Part shown: piece after piece, positions 9,969 to 20,087 of the stretch
Layout of the letters: each line of letters begins with the position of its first letter
How positions within the stretch are numbered: position 1 is the stretch's first letter
NCBI GenBank assembly: GCA_965140415.1
Contig: OZ223209.1
Coordinates: 4,672,001 to 4,736,000, forward strand
Reading direction: 5' to 3'
Source: Myxococcota bacterium
Lineage (GTDB): Bacteria > Myxococcota_A > SURF-8
Length of the DNA stretch: 64,000 nt
The notes under the pieces: model-generated
The model's input: the letters and a program-made list of their open reading frames with translations, nothing else
The model's database searches: none
Told to the model about the DNA's origin: nothing
Made by a program: the position numbers and the translations under genes

Positions 9969-10481
9969 ATGAGCGATGGACAAAAGCCGGAAAATCTTAC
10001 GCTTGCGTTGATTGTCGGTGTGATGGGCGGATCGCAATGCAGCAAGGAACAAGCTGAAGCCGCCTATCGCGTAGGGCAGCAAGTTGCCACACAGAACGCC
10101 GTGCTGCTTTGCGGCGGTGGTAGCGGCGTGATGGAAGCAGCGGCCAAAGGAGCAGCCGAAGCTGGCGGAATTACGGTAGGAGTTTTGTGGGGCGGCGACA
10201 AATCCAGCGCCAATCGATACATCCGAATTCCGATCGTGACCAATCTGGGCGATGCACGAAACCCGATCAACATTCTTTCCAGCGACCTCGTGGTGGCCAT
10301 CGGTGGCAGCGGAGGTACGCTGAGTGAAATCGCGTTGGCTTTGAAGAACGGAAAAGAAGTATTAGGCTATGATACCTGTGAGCCGATTTTCTCCGGTGGA
10401 CACAAACCGAACAATTTCATTAAGTTCAATACTATCGAAGACTTGTGCCTGGATTTGAGCAGGCGCTTGACAAGCCACTGA
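9969..10481 (+). CDS. LOG/SLOG-family Rossmann protein (TIGR00725-like)
   Basis: LCGGGSGVMEAA, GDARN, IGGSGGTLSEIA; start moved to MSDGQ. Confidence 0.85.
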   Translation: MSDGQKPENLTLALIVGVMGGSQCSKEQAEAAYRVGQQVATQNAVLLCGGGSGVMEAAAKGAAEAGGITVGVLWGGDKSSANRYIRIPIVTNLGDARNPINILSSDLVVAIGGSGGTLSEIALALKNGKEVLGYDTCEPIFSGGHKPNNFIKFNTIEDLCLDLSRRLTSH

Positions 10482-10628
10482 ATTCCGCTTATATCTTTCC
10501 TACCAAAAAAGAAGGGAATGTTTGGGGGGCACGACCCGTCATAATGGGGTAAAGCTTTACTGACTCGGCGACCTGCAATTCAGGTCATCTTGCTGACAAG
10601 ATTTCAATAACGACGGAGGAACTCCAAC

Positions 10629-11078
10629 ATGAAGATTCGATTGATGATACTGGCATTATTGTCTGCGGCAGTGTTATTGCTTGCAAGCAGCGCGCTTTTT
10701 GCGGCTGAACTCGCTCCTGGCTCGGAAGAAGGAAAATCCGCCACGACTCAAGCTGAAGATACGACAGGCGGCTGCCCGCACGCCAAAGCGAAAAAGGCAG
10801 CGGCTAAAAGCGATTGCCCCTACGCCAAAGCCAGAGCAGAAAAAGAAGGTTCGGGCTGCGCCAAGGCAAAAAGTGGGGATTGCCCTTACGCCAAGGGCGA
10901 AAAGAGCGATTGTCCTCGTATGAAAGACGGCAAATCCTGTGAAGATTGCCCGAAGTACAAAGACGGCAGTTGCAAGGGATGTCCTTATGCCAAAGAGGGC
11001 AAGTCCTGCGAAGACTGTCCGAAGTACAAGGATGGAAGCTGCAAAGGCTGCAAAAAGAACAAAGCAGAAAAGAAGTAG
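10629..11078 (+). CDS. Secreted Cys/Lys-rich repeat protein (metallothionein-like composition)
   Basis: GGAGG RBS, Sec signal peptide, 13 Cys in CPYAK and KSCEDCPKYKDGSCKGC repeats, own terminator. Confidence 0.75.
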   Translation: MKIRLMILALLSAAVLLLASSALFAAELAPGSEEGKSATTQAEDTTGGCPHAKAKKAAAKSDCPYAKARAEKEGSGCAKAKSGDCPYAKGEKSDCPRMKDGKSCEDCPKYKDGSCKGCPYAKEGKSCEDCPKYKDGSCKGCKKNKAEKK

Positions 11079-11123
11079 AAAGTAATTCTGCGGTATTGCA
11101 AGAAACACACGAAACGACCACAA

Positions 11124-11163
11124 ACGCGCCCCATTCAACACCTGGATGGGGCGTGTGTTTTTT
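11124..11163. terminator. Terminator between convergent genes
   Basis: acgcgccccattca / tggatggggcgtgt stem followed by a T tract. Confidence 0.7.
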
Positions 11164-11180
11164 AGTGAAACTTCATACTG

Positions 11181-12086
11181 TTATTTGGGGGTATCCGCCT
11201 CGATGAAAATCTGTTTGGCTTCCGGCACAACCTGTTGAATATGGTTTTCTATCCGATCCACCAATGCCTCGATGGCATCCGTTTCCAGTCCATCGATAAA
11301 CGCCACATTCAGATTGACAAGCACTTCTTCCGGTCCCAGGTGCATCGTCAACAAGGTCAGTACCTGCTCGACTTCGTCGATGTCGTTTACGGTCTTTAAA
11401 ATACGCTCGTAATTTTCTTTACTTACCGCTTCACCGATCAGCAGACTCTTGATTTCAAAGGCTACGCTGAACGCCACCAGCGCCAATAACACACCGATAC
11501 AAACCGAGGCGATGCCATCGAAAATCAGATAGCCGGAATACGTGGCCAGTACAACACCGAGAAAAGCCAGAAATATTCCGCACATAGCCGCCGCATCTTC
11601 CATGAAGACGACGATCACCGCCGGGCGTTTGGATTCGTTCAAGGTACGCCACAGGGGCTGTTCGGGGTGGCTCTCACGCAAGGTCTTATACGCCAGAAAC
11701 AGCGGATAGCTTTCGAATAAGGCACTTAAGCCCAACACAAGGTAGATCCAGCCGACATGCTCGATTGGCTGCGGTTCGAGAATTTTATGGATGCCGTGAT
11801 ACAAACTCACCACCGCACCGACAACGAACATCGTGACAGCCACCATCAAGGCCCAGAAATAACGTTCTTGACCATAACCGAACGGATGGCGCACGTCGGC
11901 GGGACGCAAAGACAAGCGCATACCGACCAGCAGCAGGATCTGATTTCCGGTGTCGGCGGTGGAATGCACCGCTTCCGCGAAGAGTGCAGTGGAGCCCGAT
12001 AAAAACGCCACCACGAATTTAGACAAGGCTATCAACAGGTTACCGATTAACGCGGCGACCACGACTTTTTTCGATCCCTGGCTCAT
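11181..12086 (-). CDS. Cation diffusion facilitator (CDF) metal transporter
   Basis: EAVHSTADTGNQ, HPFGYG.ERYF, EDAAA, C-terminal dimerisation domain. Confidence 0.92.
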   Translation of the reverse strand: MSQGSKKVVVAALIGNLLIALSKFVVAFLSGSTALFAEAVHSTADTGNQILLLVGMRLSLRPADVRHPFGYGQERYFWALMVAVTMFVVGAVVSLYHGIHKILEPQPIEHVGWIYLVLGLSALFESYPLFLAYKTLRESHPEQPLWRTLNESKRPAVIVVFMEDAAAMCGIFLAFLGVVLATYSGYLIFDGIASVCIGVLLALVAFSVAFEIKSLLIGEAVSKENYERILKTVNDIDEVEQVLTLLTMHLGPEEVLVNLNVAFIDGLETDAIEALVDRIENHIQQVVPEAKQIFIEADTPK

Positions 12087-12136
12087 ATTCTCCCCATCTT
12101 GAAGGGACGAACGTCAAGCAAACGTAAAAAACGGAT

Positions 12137-13525
12137 TTATCTACAGCTAGGCGATTCGATCATCCAGATCTGCGGTTTTTCCGAGCCGTTGCAGAAGAAG
12201 CACTGTGAAGTACCAAGGTACAACTTATCGCGATATACGGCCATCGAAGGGAACCCGTAGTTGCGCTCGTCGCCGAAACCTTCCGGCGCCCAGCGGTCGT
12301 CTTCGCCCACAAGCTGCGAATAATCCAGACCGTTTCCAGACCGATACAGCGCCGCACCCTGTTGATAGGTGCTGAACAATGCCCCTTGATTCATGCAGCC
12401 CATCATCAGCGTATCGTCGAAGATTTCCAAAGCCCAACCGGTGCTCATGCGACCATCGCCGAAACCGTCGTCGCCGATCTTGTTAAAGTTGGCTCCATCC
12501 TTGGTGTAAAACACACCGAAACCGGTCAGTTGATTGCCGGTCGTAAACACTAGATTGCGCTTGAATAGCCGCATGGCTTCGATGCTGGTATGACCCGGAG
12601 GTACCGATTCGACATCCGCCAGGCCGACCAGTTGGGTATAATTCACACCGTCAAAGCGATACAGTTCCGCCGCAACGACGTTCGTGGTACCTGCGAAAAT
12701 ATAGCCCAGAAATTCGGTCATGGAACTGATGGCGGTATTGGAAGGGTTATCGAAGCCGCCTGTGACCCTGGTCATAAAACGACCGCTTTCCCACTTCAGG
12801 ATCTGACCGCCGCCGAAGGGATTTTCCGTTCCGACATAAAGGCTGCCATTGTAGCTCATCATCGAAGCGACGGCCCGATTTTCAGAGGCCCCAAAGCCAT
12901 AGTCGGCCATCAACTGCCAATTGGAACCGTCGGTGGTGTACCAGACTTCCGCACCGGTCACATAGTTCATCGTTCCTGCATACAGGCGACCATCATGAAC
13001 CACAAGCTCGCTAACGGCGAAATTATTCGGACTTTGCAGGCCGTCCGTCACCACGGTTTCCCAGCTTTGCCCGTCGTATACCAGAATCTCTGCGCCATGC
13101 GTACTGTTAGGGCGCTGACTGAAAACGCTGCCGCCTTCCCCGTTTAACGTTCCAACGTACAACTTGTCGTTGAATACGGCCATTGAATAAGCGATACGGT
13201 TCCAGGAATCCCCAACGCTATCATCCGATACCAGTGTTGCACAACGCACCAGCGGTTGTTTTTCGCTATCGATTACATCCAGATCGCCATCCGGCAACGG
13301 GGAATCCTCATCGCCACTGATGCCCTCCCCTTCCTGGTCCATATCGGAAGGAAGCTGGCCATCCCATTCGCTATCGCCATCGGACACTTCCGGTTCGTTG
13401 TATGCGTACATATCCGGCGGCATTTCGTGACAACCCTGCAATACCCACATTGAAAACAGCAGGAAACAACCGACCAGAACCGACGCTTTTGCAAAACTTC
13501 TCATTCCATCCATCCATTTCATCAC
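12137..13525 (-). CDS. Lipoprotein with DGD acidic linker and beta-propeller repeats
   Basis: LQGC lipobox; repeated (F/Y)xxxLYxGT blades and GFG turns. Confidence 0.65.
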   Translation of the reverse strand: MMKWMDGMRSFAKASVLVGCFLLFSMWVLQGCHEMPPDMYAYNEPEVSDGDSEWDGQLPSDMDQEGEGISGDEDSPLPDGDLDVIDSEKQPLVRCATLVSDDSVGDSWNRIAYSMAVFNDKLYVGTLNGEGGSVFSQRPNSTHGAEILVYDGQSWETVVTDGLQSPNNFAVSELVVHDGRLYAGTMNYVTGAEVWYTTDGSNWQLMADYGFGASENRAVASMMSYNGSLYVGTENPFGGGQILKWESGRFMTRVTGGFDNPSNTAISSMTEFLGYIFAGTTNVVAAELYRFDGVNYTQLVGLADVESVPPGHTSIEAMRLFKRNLVFTTGNQLTGFGVFYTKDGANFNKIGDDGFGDGRMSTGWALEIFDDTLMMGCMNQGALFSTYQQGAALYRSGNGLDYSQLVGEDDRWAPEGFGDERNYGFPSMAVYRDKLYLGTSQCFFCNGSEKPQIWMIESPSCR

Positions 13526-13543
13526 GGCGCAAGGACGCCCGTT

Positions 13544-14083
13544 TCAGGATTGTTCTCGTTTCTTTTTGCGTTCCAGTTTATACCGTTGGCGGATTTGCAG
13601 CAATGCCTCATTGTATAAACCGCCCTTGAAATCGGGAAATCCCCATTCAAAGGGATAAAACGCTCCTTTTCGATAATAGAGCGTTGGGTCCGCATAAATA
13701 CCCCGATCCAGATAGATTTTCTGCCAGCCCGACTTGGCCGAGGCCAAGACAACCTTGAAGGTATCCATGTATCCGGGGTCCAAATTGATCGAGCGGCCTC
13801 CCTCGGAAAATAAAAACTCTTCCTCTAGCCGATTGCTTTCCAGTTTGACACTTACAATTTCCGCCGGATCGATCAGACGTTCGAAAGAAACGAACAAACG
13901 TCGGATGCCTGCTCCCATTTCCGGCTGATAGTAGTCGGTGGCATCGAAAACGAACGACTTGGAGGTGTAATCGATCGGACCAAAGCAGTCCCATAACCGC
14001 GCTTGCATGCGTTCCCAGTCGGCCTGTTCGGAAAGCAACACACCGCAGAATAGTTTGACCGGATCGACAGGTTGCGGTTGCAT
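13544..14083 (-). CDS. DUF4416 family protein
   Basis: TDYY..EMG, K..SN.LE, R.INLDPGY, IYL..GIYA. Confidence 0.8.
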   Translation of the reverse strand: MQPQPVDPVKLFCGVLLSEQADWERMQARLWDCFGPIDYTSKSFVFDATDYYQPEMGAGIRRLFVSFERLIDPAEIVSVKLESNRLEEEFLFSEGGRSINLDPGYMDTFKVVLASAKSGWQKIYLDRGIYADPTLYYRKGAFYPFEWGFPDFKGGLYNEALLQIRQRYKLERKKKREQS

Positions 14084-14087
14084 AAAA

Positions 14088-14945
14088 TTAGATCTTTCGC
14101 TTGGGGCGCCGCTGATTCAGCAGATTGCGGGCCTGCTCGATTTTAGTGGCATCGATACCGAAAGCGTTGGATGCCTGCGAAGCCAGATCGACATTCAGAT
14201 TCGACTTGGCCACCCGGTCTCCCTGTATGGCGCGCAGATGCCGATTATGCAAATAGATCTGTCCCTGATCGGTCTGACGCGTAATCAGCAACTGATTCAT
14301 ATTGGGCCAGGAAAACGAGTCGTTCCAGCATTGAATGAACGTCGCCTTATCCGCCGGGCGGGGCTTCAATTCATAACGCAGATTCGGCTTTCCATTCCTC
14401 ATGCCGAACAAATGAAAGCGCCCGGTATCGCGATTATGCCGCAATGTCAAAGGTCCGCTCGGCGTTTGAATGATCGCGTCTCCATCCGGCAGTGTAACCG
14501 GTTCGTTGATCAGAAAACCGGGGTCCAGCAGGTAGGAACCATTGCCATGGTGAACCAGCAAAGCACAGTGACGATTCGGGCCACTTATCATATCCGCCAA
14601 TAACGGCTCGCTATGTACGCCGATTTCGGTCAAGACTTTCTGTAGAAAGTACGTCAACGAGTAGCAGGTGCCACCTAACCCATACGCAGCGTGATCTTCG
14701 ATAACCTCCAGCGGCGAGCGCCGCCAGTCGTCCGGGGTTTGCCCTGCGGTCGTTTTAAGCACCTTGGAAACATTTTCGTATGGTAACTGGCTGAATGCTT
14801 CCGCAATCTTGCCCAATCCAAGCAGGCTGTTCGCACTTGGATGAATACCGGTCAGATCGAAAAACAGATCCACTGCCTTTCGTTCCTGCTTTTGCTCCTC
14901 CACTTCCGAAATGGATCGCTGAAATTGGTTGTGCTTTACTTCCAT
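14088..14945 (-). CDS. Arylamine N-acetyltransferase family protein
   Basis: PYEN, GGTCYS (catalytic Cys), HCALLV, YLLDPGF forming the Cys-His-Asp triad. Confidence 0.8.
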   Translation of the reverse strand: MEVKHNQFQRSISEVEEQKQERKAVDLFFDLTGIHPSANSLLGLGKIAEAFSQLPYENVSKVLKTTAGQTPDDWRRSPLEVIEDHAAYGLGGTCYSLTYFLQKVLTEIGVHSEPLLADMISGPNRHCALLVHHGNGSYLLDPGFLINEPVTLPDGDAIIQTPSGPLTLRHNRDTGRFHLFGMRNGKPNLRYELKPRPADKATFIQCWNDSFSWPNMNQLLITRQTDQGQIYLHNRHLRAIQGDRVAKSNLNVDLASQASNAFGIDATKIEQARNLLNQRRPKRKI

Positions 14946-14966
14946 TCTTCGTAATCCATTTACCCG

Positions 14967-17393
14967 CTACGGCTGCGCCTCGACCAGATACAAGCGCCAG
15001 GTGTTCAATCGTCCAACATCATTGGCCTGCGTATCTTCCACCTGCAAACGCCATTGTCCCTGGGCGCTCATTCCGGCCAGATCGAACAAACTTCCCGGAC
15101 CGCTGGGATCGAGATAAATTCCGTATACCGTAACCAGATTCGCTCCGCTGCCGGTTCCATCGAACAAGCGGACTTTGCGGTTATCCGGGGCAATCAAATC
15201 GATCAGCAGGTTACGCACCTTGGGATGCGTGATCGAAATTCCCACATACAAGGCGCCGATTTCGACATCCTGATCAATCGTGATCGTACTTGACACACCA
15301 CCCGGCTTGTTATCCGGAATCTCTATCGGGAATTCATCTTCGCTAATGAAGATCTCACCCGGCACCGTATCGGAAACCTGCACCGGTACGGCGCTGGCTT
15401 CCACGGTCGGATCCTGTGGCGTAACCACAACGTAAACCTGACGATTCGGAGCATTCTCCGCAGCGCGCACCACGCCAAGACGCGATACGCTCACCACACC
15501 GGGAGCGGTAGAATAGTAGGAACAGCGACTATTCAAGCTCATCGTCACCAAAGGGAACAACGGCTCGAACAGGCCACTCACTGTCAGCAGACGCTGCTGG
15601 GAAGGCAGAAGGTTGACGACAGCCGGGCGCACGTCATAGCCACTTAGCCCACTGATGCGCAACTCGTAGCTACCGGTCTTGTGGGTCAGCAGAGCAGCGG
15701 GAGCGGCAGAAATCTTTACCCGAACGCGGCCATCTACCGGACAGGTAAGCAACAAGCGTTCGCTTTGCTGAGTAAATCCATCATTCGCGCTTGCCAACAC
15801 CGTAGTATCGTCCTGCTCATACACGGTAATCACCGGATCCAGTGAAGAAGCCTCGGCATCGATATCGACACCCAGCAACAGAATACGGTTCTTTTCACAG
15901 GAAAGCCTGTAGTAGTCTTCATCCCCGATTTCGCGCAGACGGCCACTTGTTTGTACAGGCGCTTCCGCGATAGTCTCCGTAACACCTCCACCGGGACGGA
16001 AGGGCAATGGACCCACGACATTATTGCTGCGATCCGGATCGGGAATCGTGTAGTCGGCATCGGCCTCCAGCCATACCGACCACACATCAAGGGGCGGGTT
16101 GGGAAAACGAAAGACTGCCGTCTCTCGTTCTCCCGCAAGCAATTCACTGTATACCGCGCTGCGATAGGCAGGAGCCTGCGGCTGTTCTTCCCCATACAGG
16201 AAGGCATCCAACTGGATATTTCGTGCCGGATCAGGACCGGCATTGTATAACTCGGCTGAAATCACGCTGATATTGCTGTCGGCATCGTGCTCGATCGAAA
16301 CGTTACCGACCTGCACATCCGCAGACTGACTCTGCGCGCCACTGACTTTCAATGTGAACTGACCACCGCGATTCTCCCAGCTATCCACCACCAGGTAATA
16401 GGTAGCGGTTTCTGGTGCAGTGAAGTCCAGACTATCCGACATCGAAGCACAACACTCATCGGAACCGGTCAGGCAGCTATCCGCCGGACGTTCGCAGTCG
16501 GCAAATAAGTAGATGGCTGGATCGAAATGTTGCGTCAATGAAGTTACCGTCGCATGAATCGCCTGCCCTTGCTGCAACTGAATGCGATACACACGATCCG
16601 GGCCAAGCATGGGCACACCGGAAGTTTCCCAGCAACTGGAATCGACTTCAATTGCGTTGATGGTCTCCGTGCTATCACCCGTAACAAGCTCGTTCAATGC
16701 AATTTCGGGAGCATCGCTGCACACGGAAACACAGGCACCATCTTGACAAGTTTGCGGCGGGCGACAGATACTTTGCAGCGTGTACTGCGTACCTTCCGGA
16801 CTACAGGAAAACACATCACCCGACTGACATTGAACCTGTCCCGGCTCACAGATGATGTCGTAGCAGTTATCGATAGCGCAGATTTGTCCAACCGGACAAA
16901 TTTCGCGGGTGTACGAATACCCATCGGCATTGCAGGTCAACAGTTTGTTGGTCAGGCAGATTCTTTCTCCAGGTGTACAACTCTCTATTGGTGGCGGCTC
17001 GAAATCGATCTCGGCAAACACGTCTTCCTGATCCAGATCGCCGTCGGAAAGCTCCTCTCCGTCGTTCTGCTCGAACGCATCCACTTCCAAATCACCGTCT
17101 ACAATGCTGTCCGGCTCTTCATCCGCAAGTTCCGCATCCGGCTCCAATTCGAGCTCACCCTCGATTTCGGAGTCAACCACATCGACTTCTTCATCGCCAT
17201 CCGTAACAGGGATCACGATTTCGTCGCTGTCGGTCGCATCGAAATCGCCGTCAACGTCATCCGTTCCGTCCGAACCACAGCCGGATGCCACCAGAACCAG
17301 TAAGGCTCCTAGCAGCAGCAACCAACAGCGGTTTTGAGCCAGTCCGATTATATTTGAATGCGTTGTCATTATGCTCGTCCCGAAAATTGCCAT
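14967..17393 (-). CDS. Multidomain surface lipoprotein (DGD linker, Cys-rich repeats, PPC-like, CARDB-like, Ig-like, proprotein convertase P-domain)
   Basis: ASGC lipobox; TYYLVVDS PPC-like module; DPDRSNN CARDB end; C-terminal IPDN..G..STI..GQWRLQVED..GRLNTW. Confidence 0.75.
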   Translation of the reverse strand: MAIFGTSIMTTHSNIIGLAQNRCWLLLLGALLVLVASGCGSDGTDDVDGDFDATDSDEIVIPVTDGDEEVDVVDSEIEGELELEPDAELADEEPDSIVDGDLEVDAFEQNDGEELSDGDLDQEDVFAEIDFEPPPIESCTPGERICLTNKLLTCNADGYSYTREICPVGQICAIDNCYDIICEPGQVQCQSGDVFSCSPEGTQYTLQSICRPPQTCQDGACVSVCSDAPEIALNELVTGDSTETINAIEVDSSCWETSGVPMLGPDRVYRIQLQQGQAIHATVTSLTQHFDPAIYLFADCERPADSCLTGSDECCASMSDSLDFTAPETATYYLVVDSWENRGGQFTLKVSGAQSQSADVQVGNVSIEHDADSNISVISAELYNAGPDPARNIQLDAFLYGEEQPQAPAYRSAVYSELLAGERETAVFRFPNPPLDVWSVWLEADADYTIPDPDRSNNVVGPLPFRPGGGVTETIAEAPVQTSGRLREIGDEDYYRLSCEKNRILLLGVDIDAEASSLDPVITVYEQDDTTVLASANDGFTQQSERLLLTCPVDGRVRVKISAAPAALLTHKTGSYELRISGLSGYDVRPAVVNLLPSQQRLLTVSGLFEPLFPLVTMSLNSRCSYYSTAPGVVSVSRLGVVRAAENAPNRQVYVVVTPQDPTVEASAVPVQVSDTVPGEIFISEDEFPIEIPDNKPGGVSSTITIDQDVEIGALYVGISITHPKVRNLLIDLIAPDNRKVRLFDGTGSGANLVTVYGIYLDPSGPGSLFDLAGMSAQGQWRLQVEDTQANDVGRLNTWRLYLVEAQP

Positions 17394-17530
17394 AACCCTA
17401 TATTAATAGCGTAGTTGGCTTCCGGCTGCAAGCAAATGAAAGGATAGAAAGTGAATCGGGTAGGAATGTCGGATCAGATCAACCGTTTTTCAAAACCCGG
17501 ATTCGAGAATACGACCGTATTCTCACCGAC

Positions 17531-19690
17531 CTAGCGCTTCAACAGTGAAGAAAGAACCCCTTTTTTCTTCTTAGCATTCATTTCTTCCTGCTTACGCATT
17601 TTCAATAGTCTAACTTCACTTTGAGCGCGCGAGTGTTTCTTGTCGACCTGCAATGTTTTCAAGAACCATTCCGCAGCTTTATTGGTATCTCCAATCGCTT
17701 TATAAATCGTACCCATATAGAAATAGGCGTTCGACAGTTTCTCGTTTAATTCAATGGCTTTTTCAAGGTAACGAACCGCCTCCTGGCGAGTCACCAAATC
17801 CTGCGTGCTCATGTTGAAATGCACCCAGCCAAGTTCAGCAAAGAACTCACCTTCGTTGGGATTCAGCTTGATTGCCTCCTGCAAGTGGCGCTTGGCGGTA
17901 GTCCAATCTTTTTTCCTTGTAGCATTCTGAGCATCGAAGAAGAACTGTTCAGCGGCCAGGATTTTCGCCACTTCTTCGGTAGCATCTTCGTTTCCGCCTT
18001 CCGACATCTCTTTAATGTACTCTGATTTCTTGGTCGAATTGCTCAATGTTTCAGCAGCTTTGGAATAGGTGGTAAAGATCTGGTCCGCCAATTGCCGAAT
18101 TTCTGTAATGTCGCTATGTGCAATCGCATCCGGATGAAATTCCTTGGCGAGTTGCCGAAATTTTTCTTTAACGATGTCGGGTTTGACTTTCTGATCCACA
18201 TCCAACAGAGTAAAATAATCTTTGCCTGCCATCTCTTCTCGCAATTTATACAATCTGAGATAGTGAGCTTTTTGATCCTCATCCATTTTCTGGACGGCAA
18301 GCATCATTTCCATTTTCTGTAACTGCTCTTTACCCAGTGCTTTCGTTCTGGTCGATGTTTTGGAAACATCCTGCTCGGCTTCCTTATTCTTTTCCAATAG
18401 ATGCTTTGCATGTTGATGCATCGCACTTCGTTGTCGAATTCCTCCAGCCAGTGAATTTTCTTCTTCTTCCTCCAAATTTACTTCTTCCCAACTGGGTTGA
18501 TCGAGCGTCAAGGCCTGAATGACAATCAGATGCATGAGAAACGGCAGCATTTCCTTACGGTTCTTTATCGGGGAATCCAATAGTTCATCCAGCGTTTCGG
18601 AACCGTCCAATTGTTGGATATATCTAATTTCTTTAAGATTATAACCGCAAAGGTTCATACGCTCGGAGGCATCGTCCGCAGCCCGAACGGCAGATGTCGC
18701 ATAAGGACGCATCCATGATAACAAAGTTTCTTCTTTTACTTTGTTCATAATACCGTTGCGCAGCAACACAAATGGATGCGCGTCCAGGCGGGAATGCGGA
18801 GCCGGGACATTGGGTGAATTCTTAAAGCTGAAACTGGCACCGCGCCAATTGAAAACGGAATTCAGTTTCAAATCCAGTTGCTTTTTCAATGCTTCCGAGC
18901 GCTGGTACGGCGTGATCGCACCCAGTTCCACTAACAAATCACCATGCTTGCGCCCCGTTTTTTTGAGCAATTCAAAAGAAGAACGGAACATCTCCTCTCC
19001 GATTTCGTGCTCACGCAACATGATCTGGCCCAGACACTCTGAAATAATATTGGAAGCGATCCCGATTGGCTTGCCCTTTTCGAAGGTAATCACCTTCTTG
19101 GCTTTACCCCAGAGTATCATCAACATACCGCTCAAGCGGCGTTCGTAAAGTTGGTTAACGATAACAGGAAATGGCACTTCGTCCATTTTACCAGCAAGTG
19201 GAATCTGGCTCGGACTATAAAGGTAAAATGAGTTTTCAATAAAAGAACGTCCACGACCGGTATCACCAGGCCCTTGACTCTCTCTTTTCGGATAATCCTT
19301 TCCAAAAATCTTGCGCAACACACGAATGATACGCACCGGCGGAATCGGTTTTTCGATGTAATCAAACAACTTGTATTTGGCAATCGACTCACTGGCGTGT
19401 GTACCGCTGCGAAACACACCAGAAATCATCACGACCGGCACCTTGGAATACCCTTTGATCCATCGAAGTTTCTCGCAAACCTGGAAACCGTCCATGTTCG
19501 GCAATAAGGCATCTACAAACACCGCATCGAACACGCGTTCTTTTAAGGTTTCCACCGCAGCAAGACCGTTATATTCCGCATAGGCTTCAAAGCCTTCTTC
19601 CTGCAACAAAGCAAGAAAACCGCTGACAAGCTCCTTGTCATCATCCACCACCAGAACTTTTAACGCTTTTTGGGGGTCATCGTTGGCCAT
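17531..19690 (-). CDS. Receiver-DUF4388-like-DnaJ-TPR protein
   Basis: VLVVDDD, VD phospho-Asp, KP; J-domain AKEFHPD; C-terminal TPRs. Confidence 0.85.
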   Translation of the reverse strand: MANDDPQKALKVLVVDDDKELVSGFLALLQEEGFEAYAEYNGLAAVETLKERVFDAVFVDALLPNMDGFQVCEKLRWIKGYSKVPVVMISGVFRSGTHASESIAKYKLFDYIEKPIPPVRIIRVLRKIFGKDYPKRESQGPGDTGRGRSFIENSFYLYSPSQIPLAGKMDEVPFPVIVNQLYERRLSGMLMILWGKAKKVITFEKGKPIGIASNIISECLGQIMLREHEIGEEMFRSSFELLKKTGRKHGDLLVELGAITPYQRSEALKKQLDLKLNSVFNWRGASFSFKNSPNVPAPHSRLDAHPFVLLRNGIMNKVKEETLLSWMRPYATSAVRAADDASERMNLCGYNLKEIRYIQQLDGSETLDELLDSPIKNRKEMLPFLMHLIVIQALTLDQPSWEEVNLEEEEENSLAGGIRQRSAMHQHAKHLLEKNKEAEQDVSKTSTRTKALGKEQLQKMEMMLAVQKMDEDQKAHYLRLYKLREEMAGKDYFTLLDVDQKVKPDIVKEKFRQLAKEFHPDAIAHSDITEIRQLADQIFTTYSKAAETLSNSTKKSEYIKEMSEGGNEDATEEVAKILAAEQFFFDAQNATRKKDWTTAKRHLQEAIKLNPNEGEFFAELGWVHFNMSTQDLVTRQEAVRYLEKAIELNEKLSNAYFYMGTIYKAIGDTNKAAEWFLKTLQVDKKHSRAQSEVRLLKMRKQEEMNAKKKKGVLSSLLKR

Positions 19691-19992
19691 TTCAACTTGT
19701 CCTACTTATGATGCACTATTCCTAGCTATCTGAAAATAGTAACGGTTTCATATTCTTAGCGCAAGGAGAATTTCAACTTTGGTAAGAGATGTTCCCCCTT
19801 TTCCTATCGATGATGAAAATGGTTTCCTTAACAAACGTTTCGTATTTTGTTGTTGTAATTTACCTTGCCCGCTTGTTAGCGACTGATTCAGAATCCGACA
19901 TATCACATTTTCTTCCTGCTTCTCCCAAAGAAAGCCCATTTTCACTGCTCTTGTAAACTTGCTTCGCTGCGATTTAATCCTCTGATATTCGC

Positions 19993-20021
19993 TTGATTTT
20001 TCCCCTTCCTTTGCTTAAGAT
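19993..20021 (+). promoter_or_regulatory. Putative sigma70 promoter of the hxsD-like gene
   Basis: TTGATT-17 bp-TAAGAT about 65 bp upstream of ATG 20088. Confidence 0.45.
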
Positions 20022-20087
20022 GATCGCTGACTATGCCCATTGCGCTTTCGGGAAATTCTAATCCACTTGCGGATGAAGGAAAGACAC

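Noticed and set aside
17505-17524. Inverted repeat GAGAATACG-AC-CGTATTCTC
   Set aside because: It sits just after a stop codon and is probably a 3' stem; single occurrence with no further support as an operator
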